Part shown: positions 56,698 to 64,000 of the stretch, in pieces | Layout of the letters: every line of letters begins with the position of its first letter | How positions within the stretch are numbered: position 1 is the stretch's first letter | Source: a virus | Length of the DNA: 64,000 bases | Virus record (IMG/VR): IMGVR_UViG_3300044797_000318 | Coordinates: 32,001-96,000 of that record | Direction: 5' to 3' (one strand) | Position numbers and translations under genes: made by a program | Notes under the pieces: generated by a model | The model's database searches: none | Told to the model about the DNA's origin: nothing | What the model saw: the letters and a program-made list of their open reading frames with translations, nothing else

Positions 56698-57951
56698 CTA
56701 GTAATAAAACTTGGCTATCTCCAATATTTTATCAAGAAAGGAATTGCCCCAAGTACCATCTTTACGGTTCTTTTGGATGAAATCCTTCATGTCGACAGAT
56801 TTACCATCGAACATATTGAAAAATGGAGCTGTCCATAGCTTACCATTTCGCAATTTAGCGACACCTTGAACCGCGATGGCAAAGATCTTCTTGTCGCCAG
56901 CCTTGATGATTTGACATTCATTATAAATTGTTCGGAAAGCTAGATCATGATCTTGAATAGCTTTCACTAGTCCCACCTTGATCTTTTGCAGGTTCTTGAC
57001 GATTTCCTCTGGTAGCATCGGGATAACATCGTCATCCTTCTCTGCCAAAATAATTTCAACAATATTGCGTTCCGAAGAAGCCAAAGCATCACGCACCTTA
57101 TTGTAAGCTACATAAGATGGGTTTTTGAGTTTGATACGATTGAACTTAGCATCTCGAACCACTACACCTTCGTGTTCCATTGGATTGAGCGAAGAAACCC
57201 ATTCTACTAAGGCTGGAATGGTGGTGTAGCTATGTGCTTGCACTTTGGGTATTCTGCCGTCCAAAGGAAGTCCCTCGAGCTCTGACTCGCTGAGAGTAAG
57301 CAAATTACGAGCAGATAATAGGGTTATACCATTATTTGGATAATAGACCACAATACGGTTGTAAGGAGTAGTTAGCTCAAAGCAATAAGTAAAATACTTA
57401 TCCAAACCAGCAGTTAGTTCATCGAAGGTCATCCCGGTCGTTTCTTGGGCGGCCTTCTCGAATAAAGTTCGGAAGGTAAATAGATTATTATCCATAATCA
57501 GATCAGCCTCTGGCACAGATCGGGTTGCCACGCACCACTGTTCAGTAAATGGATCAAAATAGACAATGCATAGAGTGCCGTCCAACTTTTCTAACACTTT
57601 GAGCTGAGGATCGCTCCAATTGATTTCAGCAGCTGATCCCTGACCGTGATTGAAAAACCTCTTCATTGGGTAAGCTAAGATGCGGGTTTTGCCTGGGGAC
57701 AAATGATCATAGGAAGCTTTCTTACCAGGAACAGTAATGGACTGCGATGCCAATGAAGTTCCGTTCTCGCAAGCCAAGACTAGACCACGGCATTCTTGTG
57801 CCAAAGGATCGTGTTCCTTAGCTTCAATCTGATCATAATTGAGAGAGAACTTATGACCTGACTTGGAGAAGGATACATAGACCCCGTGATCGCGGGCCAA
57901 ATCACCAAAGGTGTGGTTGGTCAAATAGTCTTGCACTAATAGCATAATCAA
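56698..57951 (-). CDS. T4 Rnl1-like RNA ligase
   Basis: ECRGLV, RFFNHG, EKLDGT, VATR, FELTTPYNRIVV, EGVVV, IKLKNPSY. Confidence 0.9.
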   Translation of the reverse strand: MIMLLVQDYLTNHTFGDLARDHGVYVSFSKSGHKFSLNYDQIEAKEHDPLAQECRGLVLACENGTSLASQSITVPGKKASYDHLSPGKTRILAYPMKRFFNHGQGSAAEINWSDPQLKVLEKLDGTLCIVYFDPFTEQWCVATRSVPEADLIMDNNLFTFRTLFEKAAQETTGMTFDELTAGLDKYFTYCFELTTPYNRIVVYYPNNGITLLSARNLLTLSESELEGLPLDGRIPKVQAHSYTTIPALVEWVSSLNPMEHEGVVVRDAKFNRIKLKNPSYVAYNKVRDALASSERNIVEIILAEKDDDVIPMLPEEIVKNLQKIKVGLVKAIQDHDLAFRTIYNECQIIKAGDKKIFAIAVQGVAKLRNGKLWTAPFFNMFDGKSVDMKDFIQKNRKDGTWGNSFLDKILEIAKFYY

Positions 57952-57954
57952 ACC

Positions 57955-58386
57955 TTACTTCTTGTAATATATTTTTGGAATACTAAAACTCACTTGCTGG
58001 CGGAGAAAGTCCTCCGCATTTTTACGTCCTTCCTCCATAGCTGCCTCCAATTCTTCTTTTGAGATAGGTTTGACCCTATCTAACTCTTCTGGCGTGCAGG
58101 CCTCAAACTCCCAATGCTCACCATATTTATTTTTCATATAGGCCTCGAACTCTTCATCCGTCAAAGACGATAAATAGCTGGCCGATTGTTTTTTATCTAA
58201 TGCTATTTCTGAGATCAAATCTCCCACCAGTTGGCTAAGATGACTTTTCAATATCAGCAACTGATTGTGTGTCAAGGCTCGCACTTCGGGAGATGCTATT
58301 TTTTCCGACAAAGTATAATGTAATTGCTCAAATACTTTTTTGCCATAAAGAGAGAGGGTGCCGTCTTCCTTGAAGATTTTATACAT
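57955..58386 (-). CDS. hypothetical protein
   Basis: ATG 58386. Confidence 0.6.
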   Translation of the reverse strand: MYKIFKEDGTLSLYGKKVFEQLHYTLSEKIASPEVRALTHNQLLILKSHLSQLVGDLISEIALDKKQSASYLSSLTDEEFEAYMKNKYGEHWEFEACTPEELDRVKPISKEELEAAMEEGRKNAEDFLRQQVSFSIPKIYYKK

Positions 58387-58387
58387 G

Positions 58388-58630
58388 CTAATCCTTTGTA
58401 ATAAGTAGACATAGAGCACATATAACGAGTGGTATGATGGTCGCCCAACTGATGGTAGTGTTGGTTCCCAGCGTCATAGCAATATGTCTGGTGTCTGGGA
58501 CATTTTCCCATAACCACCAATGTGATAAGAAGGCAAAACCACAGAAGATAACGGCTCGAATCATCCACCCAAAAAACATATGGACAAAGACAATAGCGCA
58601 TAACAAAATGATAGCTAAGGTAATGGTCAT
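58388..58630 (-). CDS. small membrane protein
   Basis: three hydrophobic segments. Confidence 0.65.
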   Translation of the reverse strand: MTITLAIILLCAIVFVHMFFGWMIRAVIFCGFAFLSHWWLWENVPDTRHIAMTLGTNTTISWATIIPLVICALCLLITKD

Positions 58631-58809
58631 AATAATTCCTCCGCCTCATTTTGTTTGAGTTGTCCTGAGATTTCATTCAACCCAGCTTCAAGGCATAGGT
58701 TGATTATTTCTGATAAGGAAACCATATCCCCATCTATTTTGATTAGAGGTTGCACTTCTTCCAATTGCGAAAGAAGTTGTTCATCTAATGATATTTGATA
58801 TTGTTTCAT
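58627..58809 (-). CDS. small ribbon-helix-helix-like protein
   Basis: QISLDEQLLSQLEE...SLSEIINLCL. Confidence 0.5.
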   Translation of the reverse strand: MKQYQISLDEQLLSQLEEVQPLIKIDGDMVSLSEIINLCLEAGLNEISGQLKQNEAEELL

Positions 58810-58832
58810 AGGGTGCCTATCCAGATACCTCT

Positions 58833-58860
58833 ATTATAATTTTTACAAATAGCCTGTCAA
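58833..58860 (-). promoter_or_regulatory. consensus sigma70 promoter
   Basis: TTGACA-N16-TATAAT. Confidence 0.7.
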
Positions 58861-58864
58861 GGGT

Positions 58865-59113
58865 TTATCCTGAAAAATTAGGTGGCAGGATAAAATCAAT
58901 GATAGCCACGCTATCCAAGGCACGCAAGCTATCGTAGGCTTCTTGCTGACGGTCGTCAGGAAACTCTACAATTATTTGGGCCTTGGGCTCGAGGGTAGCG
59001 AGGATGACGATGAACGGCAATTTCTTGATTTCTCCTTGGAAGGCCGCGATAGCCTTAGCTCGGGAGGCAGGAGAATAATCGTAGTTGAGTTGAAGAAAAA
59101 TCGTTCTTCTCAT
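58865..59113 (-). CDS. hypothetical protein
   Basis: ATGA overlap. Confidence 0.6.
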   Translation of the reverse strand: MRRTIFLQLNYDYSPASRAKAIAAFQGEIKKLPFIVILATLEPKAQIIVEFPDDRQQEAYDSLRALDSVAIIDFILPPNFSG

Positions 59114-59352
59114 TTAGTTTTCTTGATCTGCAAGTGGTGCCCCAACTGACGCAATGTCTTAGCTGTCGTATCAGAGGCTTTGACCACCACTCGATCAATG
59201 AGATTGAGCTCTTCCACGATGACTAACTCTTGCCCAACCAGTTTTCTGATGGGTAGAAAAAGATATTCCTCTACTAATTGGGCATGCTGTTCTGCGGTCA
59301 GGGGTGGACAGAAGTCCGTCTCAAAACCTAATTGAATGACATAAGTTTTCAT
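59110..59352 (-). CDS. hypothetical protein
   Basis: AGGA RBS before ATG 59352. Confidence 0.6.
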   Translation of the reverse strand: MKTYVIQLGFETDFCPPLTAEQHAQLVEEYLFLPIRKLVGQELVIVEELNLIDRVVVKASDTTAKTLRQLGHHLQIKKTK

Positions 59353-59363
59353 ATTAGTTCCTA

Positions 59364-60329
59364 TCAAAAGTTTCCAGGAGCAACTTGAAAACAAGTTAAC
59401 CCTTTGGAACGCCAATACTCAACCACCTGATCGCGATCGTCCAAAACGCAGAGTACGTTGTACTTACCTTCGATATGCTCTTGATAAATCTCTTCCTTGA
59501 TAATGGCATCCTTACGAAAGTCATCCGTCTTGCGCATATACAACTGATACTGAATAGGATAAATAGTACCACTATTGGCGACCATACAATACTTCTCAAT
59601 AAACCTAATGGTCTCTGGTCGATACTTATCTTCACGGCCAGAACAAAAAATGATCTGACGACCAGCATTATAGTGAGCTTTGATGGTCTCAATAACTGGA
59701 GCATTCGGCAAATCTTTCAGATCGCAATCGGTAGCATCGTAAGGGCTACGATTGTGGATCAAAGCTAAGGTGCCGTCTAAATCGCACAAGACTGCTTCGG
59801 GAGCTCCCGGAATTTCTTCTGGGCCATCAATAGTATTATTGACGTTGCCCTTTTGCTCTTGAAAGATTTCCACACGCGGCTTATAGAATTTGTGCTGGGT
59901 TTTGCCAGACTCTTTCCACCACTTCTTGATGACATCATCCGGCACTCGGGCCGCACCTTCTCGCTTAGAGTTGCGTTCCAAAGCTTCTTCCAATTCCACA
60001 TAGAAAGACTTTTCCATTACTTGAATGTCAGCATTGATAGACTTAGCAATCTTGCAGACATCATCGAAGTGGCGTCGGTTCAAGTTCAAGTTGTCTATAA
60101 CAATATTCTTGCCTCTTTTTAGGCTATCTCGGATCAAATAATTACGAACGTCCGTAATGATCTTCTCGTAGTCTTGCGACCAAACGGAACCATTCATCAT
60201 AGCTCGCAAATCATCATTGTTGATGCGAACCCAACTGTTCGGATCTTTGGCGACTAATTGTTTGGCATAAGTTGATTTGCCGCTGGCCGGTAAGCCAACT
60301 AATATTTCTACTCTAATCATTTGTTTCAC
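59364..60329 (-). CDS. pseT: polynucleotide 5'-kinase/3'-phosphatase (T4 PseT-like)
   Basis: GLPASGKST P-loop; DLDGTL HAD motif; SGR; DDRDQVV. Confidence 0.93.
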   Translation of the reverse strand: MKQMIRVEILVGLPASGKSTYAKQLVAKDPNSWVRINNDDLRAMMNGSVWSQDYEKIITDVRNYLIRDSLKRGKNIVIDNLNLNRRHFDDVCKIAKSINADIQVMEKSFYVELEEALERNSKREGAARVPDDVIKKWWKESGKTQHKFYKPRVEIFQEQKGNVNNTIDGPEEIPGAPEAVLCDLDGTLALIHNRSPYDATDCDLKDLPNAPVIETIKAHYNAGRQIIFCSGREDKYRPETIRFIEKYCMVANSGTIYPIQYQLYMRKTDDFRKDAIIKEEIYQEHIEGKYNVLCVLDDRDQVVEYWRSKGLTCFQVAPGNF

Positions 60330-60335
60330 CTATTA

Positions 60336-60665
60336 CTAAAGGAACGCTTTATTGTTAATGGCCTTTTCCACTTCATCCAAAGTCTCAAATCGATGTCCAT
60401 CTAAAAGAAAACCATTCTCATCATAACTCAAAGTTTTTTGGAACTGGGTCAACAAAAACTCATACCTCTTACGCAAAACAAGATAATCAAAATCTTGATC
60501 AATCGCCTCTCTAAAATATGAGATATCCATATAATACCAAATATCATTGCTGATATTTGTATACAATGCATAGAACGCAGAACCAATTTTAGATAGACTT
60601 CTATTCTGTGCGTAATGGTCTAAAACTTTATATTCTTCTTTGGGAAGAAGGGCTATCTTTTTCAT
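60336..60665 (-). CDS. hypothetical protein, KAF(W/L) C-terminal family
   Basis: ends FETLDEVEKAINNKAFL. Confidence 0.65.
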   Translation of the reverse strand: MKKIALLPKEEYKVLDHYAQNRSLSKIGSAFYALYTNISNDIWYYMDISYFREAIDQDFDYLVLRKRYEFLLTQFQKTLSYDENGFLLDGHRFETLDEVEKAINNKAFL

Positions 60666-60938
60666 TTAGTGAGGCCTTTTACCTTGTAAAAACTCTTCAT
60701 AAGTAATAGCGGTGCCTGTCGGCCCAATACCAGTGGCTATAAAACTACCATTAGACAATCTTACCGTGTCTATTCCAAAACGCTTTTTGAGCCCGGTAAA
60801 AGGGACATACTCAATTTCACGATGACCATTGCCCTTACAATTGAGACAGACAACACCCACTCCCTTAGGTTCCGCAAAACCACAGTAGATACCGGTGCCA
60901 CCACAAGAAGAACATTCTGCTTTGACTACACTTTTCAT
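60666..60938 (-). CDS. DnaJ-type zinc-finger small protein
   Basis: CSSCGGTG and CLNCKGNG. Confidence 0.7.
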   Translation of the reverse strand: MKSVVKAECSSCGGTGIYCGFAEPKGVGVVCLNCKGNGHREIEYVPFTGLKKRFGIDTVRLSNGSFIATGIGPTGTAITYEEFLQGKRPH

Positions 60939-61162
60939 TGAAATTTGACCTTGTCTTTAACTGAGAAATCAAAAATACGAGCTATATGAGCTTTAAATTC
61001 GTCGTATGACATATTACCCTTCATCCTATTACAGAGCCAACAACACGGAACCACATTATTTTTGTTGTGCGGAAAATTGTTATTTACCCTATCAAGTCCA
61101 TTATAAGTAAAATAACCATCTCTTATTCTCTCCTCTTTATAGAATTCAAAATTGACGACAAA
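60935..61162 (-). pseudogene. 5'-truncated HNH endonuclease remnant
   Basis: Open frame with no start upstream of the nuclease motif: YNGLDRVNNNFPHNKNNVVPCCWLCNRMKG... Confidence 0.7.
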
Positions 61163-61165
61163 TTA

Positions 61166-62272
61166 TTATTTATTGAATGTGACGCCTACACTCAAAGTTG
61201 TGAATAAGTCAAAAAATAATTTACATTGATAAAGTTTATGAATTTTTATTTGCTCAAAATCAAAGCTATTATGGAGCCCCATCACTTGCATCTCCGTCTC
61301 TACTTTGTATTGATTGAAAAAATTGCACAAGTGTTCTAAATAAATAAATCTATTCTTGGACTTATCCGCGAACACTTTCAGCTTGGCATGATAGCAAGCC
61401 GCTATCACGAAGACAATTTTTTCAGTAGGCACTAAGTCATCGAAGTTGAGGGACATCTGCCCGCGTTCAATTAGGGAATGAACAAACGGCTCAAACTTAC
61501 GATAGAACTCGTACCATAACTTGAACCTCAAACCAGCTTCGCTACCTACATAACCAGAAATAATTTGAGTGACTGATTCGATATCAGGTATTTTGAGCTC
61601 TTTGGATTTGACCAAAGCCTGCGAGGCCCAAGTCCAACTACGAGGTGAGGGGGAGGCATAAGCGGTATCTTCTATGGAAGCGCAAGCAAATTGTGGATCG
61701 CTACGCAAAAATCCGATGATAAGATCGTGGACATTATTAGCTTTCGCCCAGTCAACCCAGCGTTCAAAATTGAAAGACAAAATATACTTAGCGCCCCTAT
61801 CCAGTAAGGCAGAACTAAGTTGATTAGAGAAGGCTCCCTCATTGGGAAGGTTACCAGTCAGAATACAAGAGATAGCATTGATAGGAACGCCATTGATTTT
61901 CTTGAATAATAAAATCTCCAATAGAGGGGCGGTCACTTCTGGCTGCACCTTATCTACTTCATCGAAAAGAATGATGCTATCAGGTTTAGCATCACCTATT
62001 AGTTTGGGTAGAAAATGAGGAGACTTGAAATTGATAACATCCCCAGGAGAACTCATATCTGGATAGCCAGCCAAGTCGGGGCGTTCGATGACACTTAGAT
62101 TTATATAATTGATTTTGAGCCTGCACTCTTTAGCGGCCTGAATTGCAATCTCTGTTTTACCCACACCTCTTTGCCCAAAAAGAAAACAGTTGTGCCCAGA
62201 ACGAATGAAAAACTTAGTTAGATTGAGGGCTTGTTCTTGGTCGATCTCAGTTAAATTGAGGGCGTTGGGCAT
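61166..62272 (-). CDS. MoxR-like AAA+ ATPase
   Basis: GQRGVGKT, ERPDLAGYP, ILFDEVDK, TGN, ALLDR, PSPRSW. Confidence 0.88.
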   Translation of the reverse strand: MPNALNLTEIDQEQALNLTKFFIRSGHNCFLFGQRGVGKTEIAIQAAKECRLKINYINLSVIERPDLAGYPDMSSPGDVINFKSPHFLPKLIGDAKPDSIILFDEVDKVQPEVTAPLLEILLFKKINGVPINAISCILTGNLPNEGAFSNQLSSALLDRGAKYILSFNFERWVDWAKANNVHDLIIGFLRSDPQFACASIEDTAYASPSPRSWTWASQALVKSKELKIPDIESVTQIISGYVGSEAGLRFKLWYEFYRKFEPFVHSLIERGQMSLNFDDLVPTEKIVFVIAACYHAKLKVFADKSKNRFIYLEHLCNFFNQYKVETEMQVMGLHNSFDFEQIKIHKLYQCKLFFDLFTTLSVGVTFNK

Positions 62273-62315
62273 ATTTCCTTTGATATATCAAAAGGATATA
62301 TATCCCAACTAACCA

Positions 62316-62543
62316 TTAGTTGAATAACGGTTTTTGCTCTTTTATCTCATTGACATATTCAGGAATATAAAAAACTGTCTCAAAAATCTGAATGGCAAAC
62401 TGCGCTTCTTCGTTTCCGTCCAGTAGGGCTTGCTTTTTACATTCGCCCACTTCGTGATTGGCAGCCTCGGGAGAAATAGCTAATGATATGAGATGCCATT
62501 TGTTTTTTGGTCTGCTCTTGGTATAAATTCCATGAATCGTCAT
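62316..62543 (-). CDS. hypothetical protein
   Basis: AAGGA RBS. Confidence 0.6.
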   Translation of the reverse strand: MTIHGIYTKSRPKNKWHLISLAISPEAANHEVGECKKQALLDGNEEAQFAIQIFETVFYIPEYVNEIKEQKPLFN

Positions 62544-62555
62544 ATAGTTCCTTTG

Positions 62556-62906
62556 TCAGACCGCGAAAGATTTACCGCAGCCACAGGATGATTTTTCATT
62601 GGGATTGAGAAACTTGAAACCTCTTTTCAGGAGAGTTTGCTCCCAATCTAATGTGCACCCACTGAGATACAATAAACTTTTGGGGTCTACAACAACATTG
62701 ATGTCGTGGTATGAAAAGACTTTATCTGTCTCTTTGGGAGGCGCATCCTCAAACTGAATAACATAAGTAAAGCCTGAACATCCCCCACCTTTGAGACCCA
62801 ATCTCAGATAAGCATAAGGAGTACCACGTTTTTCCAATTGTAGCTTAGCCTGCCCGGCCGCTTTGGGAGACACAAACACTTGTAATGTCTTTTCAGTTTC
62901 CATCAT
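62556..62906 (-). CDS. iscA: Fe-S cluster A-type carrier IscA/HesB
   Basis: LRLGLKGGGCSGFTY, VVDPKS, NPN...CGCGKSF. Confidence 0.95.
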   Translation of the reverse strand: MMETEKTLQVFVSPKAAGQAKLQLEKRGTPYAYLRLGLKGGGCSGFTYVIQFEDAPPKETDKVFSYHDINVVVDPKSLLYLSGCTLDWEQTLLKRGFKFLNPNEKSSCGCGKSFAV

Positions 62907-63487
62907 CAGTATGCGTCTTTATTGGTATTCTCTCGTAGCATATTGATGAATAGCTGCCCTTGTTCTATAGCATCATCAAGAGCAATATGTGTATGCGGTG
63001 TGGCAGGGAACCAACGCTTAGGCATATTCTTTTTAGTAGATTGTCGATACTCCGTTCCCATCATAGCCATGGCATAAGTTTTGATATCAAGAGCAGAAAA
63101 AGAAAATGGACTATCATATCCGAAGTGAATAATATAATTATATACAAACATAAAATCGAAAGTAGCAGGATACCCCACAAATACCGGTTTGCCCTCTATT
63201 TTATTCACCCATGAAACAAACTGACCAATTGCTTGTCCAGCTTCTACTATATTTTGGCGAGTGGCTTCGTAAGCTGCTTTATTTTTATCCCACCATTCCA
63301 TCGTATCTTTATTAGGTTTAGTTCCCACCACCTCTTCCAGATTGATAGAAAAAGTATCAATCAATTCACCATTAGATGAAAAAGCCGCAGCGCCTAAACT
63401 AAGCATAGAGTTATCGCGTGGAATTGGCCCATTTACTTCAACATCTACGCTACAATACCATTCATTATTTTTCATTTGATCTATCAC
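62906..63487 (-). CDS. DEDDh 3'-5' exoribonuclease (Rv2179c-like)
   Basis: SVDVE..GP, FDFMF, LDIKT, HTHIALDDA. Confidence 0.85.
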   Translation of the reverse strand: MIDQMKNNEWYCSVDVEVNGPIPRDNSMLSLGAAAFSSNGELIDTFSINLEEVVGTKPNKDTMEWWDKNKAAYEATRQNIVEAGQAIGQFVSWVNKIEGKPVFVGYPATFDFMFVYNYIIHFGYDSPFSFSALDIKTYAMAMMGTEYRQSTKKNMPKRWFPATPHTHIALDDAIEQGQLFINMLRENTNKDAY

Positions 63488-63998
63488 TATCTAATAAGTT
63501 TTGTTTTGCTGATAATGGTCGTAAATTAGATAACGACCAACATTTTTGGAAACTCTCTTCTGCCATCGAAGAATAAAGCAATTCAGATTGTGGAATGATG
63601 TGATCTATATTCCATGTCCAAGTAGTAGGATCATTATCTATCCAAGTTTTTCGATTATATTTTCCATGATTGGTCCAATTCATCCAAGGCTCAAACTGAG
63701 CTTGTAAATGAATTCGTAGTTCTTCCATAGTATATGGAAGAAACTTCAATATTGAACCATTTTTGGTAGCACCAGCTCTTTTTACTGCTTTGGCAACTGA
63801 TTGTGATATTGAGCCACGCAACTTACGTTCTGGCTTAGTATTTCTCTTTGTTTTGGCCCACGCATTTTGTTGCGCCCTTATTACATCTTTGTTGTCTTCC
63901 CTGTATTGAAGATAATAATCTTTATTATTTTCGCGCCACTTTTTAGTGTATGAATTACATTTTTCTTTATTATTTTTGCGCCACTTCTTACGATATTC
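63465..63998 (-). CDS. HNH-like homing endonuclease, C-terminal part (start outside window)
   Basis: Frame open to window end; LPYTMEELRIHLQAQFEPWMNW...IDHIIP...NLRPLSAKQN. Confidence 0.8.
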   Translation of the reverse strand, partial: EYRKKWRKNNKEKCNSYTKKWRENNKDYYLQYREDNKDVIRAQQNAWAKTKRNTKPERKLRGSISQSVAKAVKRAGATKNGSILKFLPYTMEELRIHLQAQFEPWMNWTNHGKYNRKTWIDNDPTTWTWNIDHIIPQSELLYSSMAEESFQKCWSLSNLRPLSAKQNLLDSDRSNEK

Positions 63999-64000
63999 GC

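Noticed and set aside
56650-56700. TAG readthrough fusing the RNA ligase to the next gene
   Set aside because: The downstream gene is out of frame; readthrough ends at TAG TGA 13 codons later.
1-64000. Genome-wide TAG reassignment (code 15) suggested by two CUA tRNAs
   Set aside because: Long conserved genes (topA, nadA, gmd, FtsK, ligases) are uninterrupted in code 11. Internal in-frame TAGs were found only in the HD and PTH2 leaders. Recoding outside the window cannot be excluded.
1-64000. CRISPR array, rRNA, IS transposase or integrase
   Set aside because: I saw no regularly spaced direct repeats, rRNA signatures or DDE/tyrosine recombinase motifs by eye.

Overview
This 64-kb window looks like part of a very large (jumbo/huge) bacteriophage genome. 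It is AT-rich and gene-dense, mostly on the minus strand, with one plus-strand sugar-modification island at ~36.8-50.9 kb. No rRNA and no recognisable virion core genes are present. It encodes host-takeover functions: bS21, IF3, peptide deformylase, DksA/TraR, two HU-like proteins, a ClpP/ClpR-like pair, topoisomerase I, an FtsK-like ATPase, NadA, IscU, IscA and Dps. It also encodes RNA-repair enzymes (PNK, two RNA ligases, a Thg1-like protein), many intact or decaying homing endonucleases, a tmRNA and six tRNAs. The main discovery is at 31502-32526: an operon of HD-domain gene, PTH2-type peptidyl-tRNA hydrolase gene and tRNA(CUA). Both protein genes carry an in-frame amber codon in the same TTA-TAG context within their first five codons (M-S-H-L-TAG and M-S-L-TAG), and an amber-suppressor tRNA with an aberrant T-arm lies 4 nt downstream. 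A second, canonical Lys-like tRNA(CUA) lies 2 kb further on. The rest of the window reads in standard code 11, so this looks like a local amber-readthrough switch rather than genome-wide recoding. Other signals are a GNTATANN-N7-ATG leaderless-type promoter motif, a possible divergent sigma factor, a CCA-ending small structured RNA in the tRNA cluster, recurrent -1 frame breaks at GAAAAG, and a family of small proteins sharing a C-terminal KAF(W/L) motif. All family assignments come from motif recognition by eye; no database searches were run.
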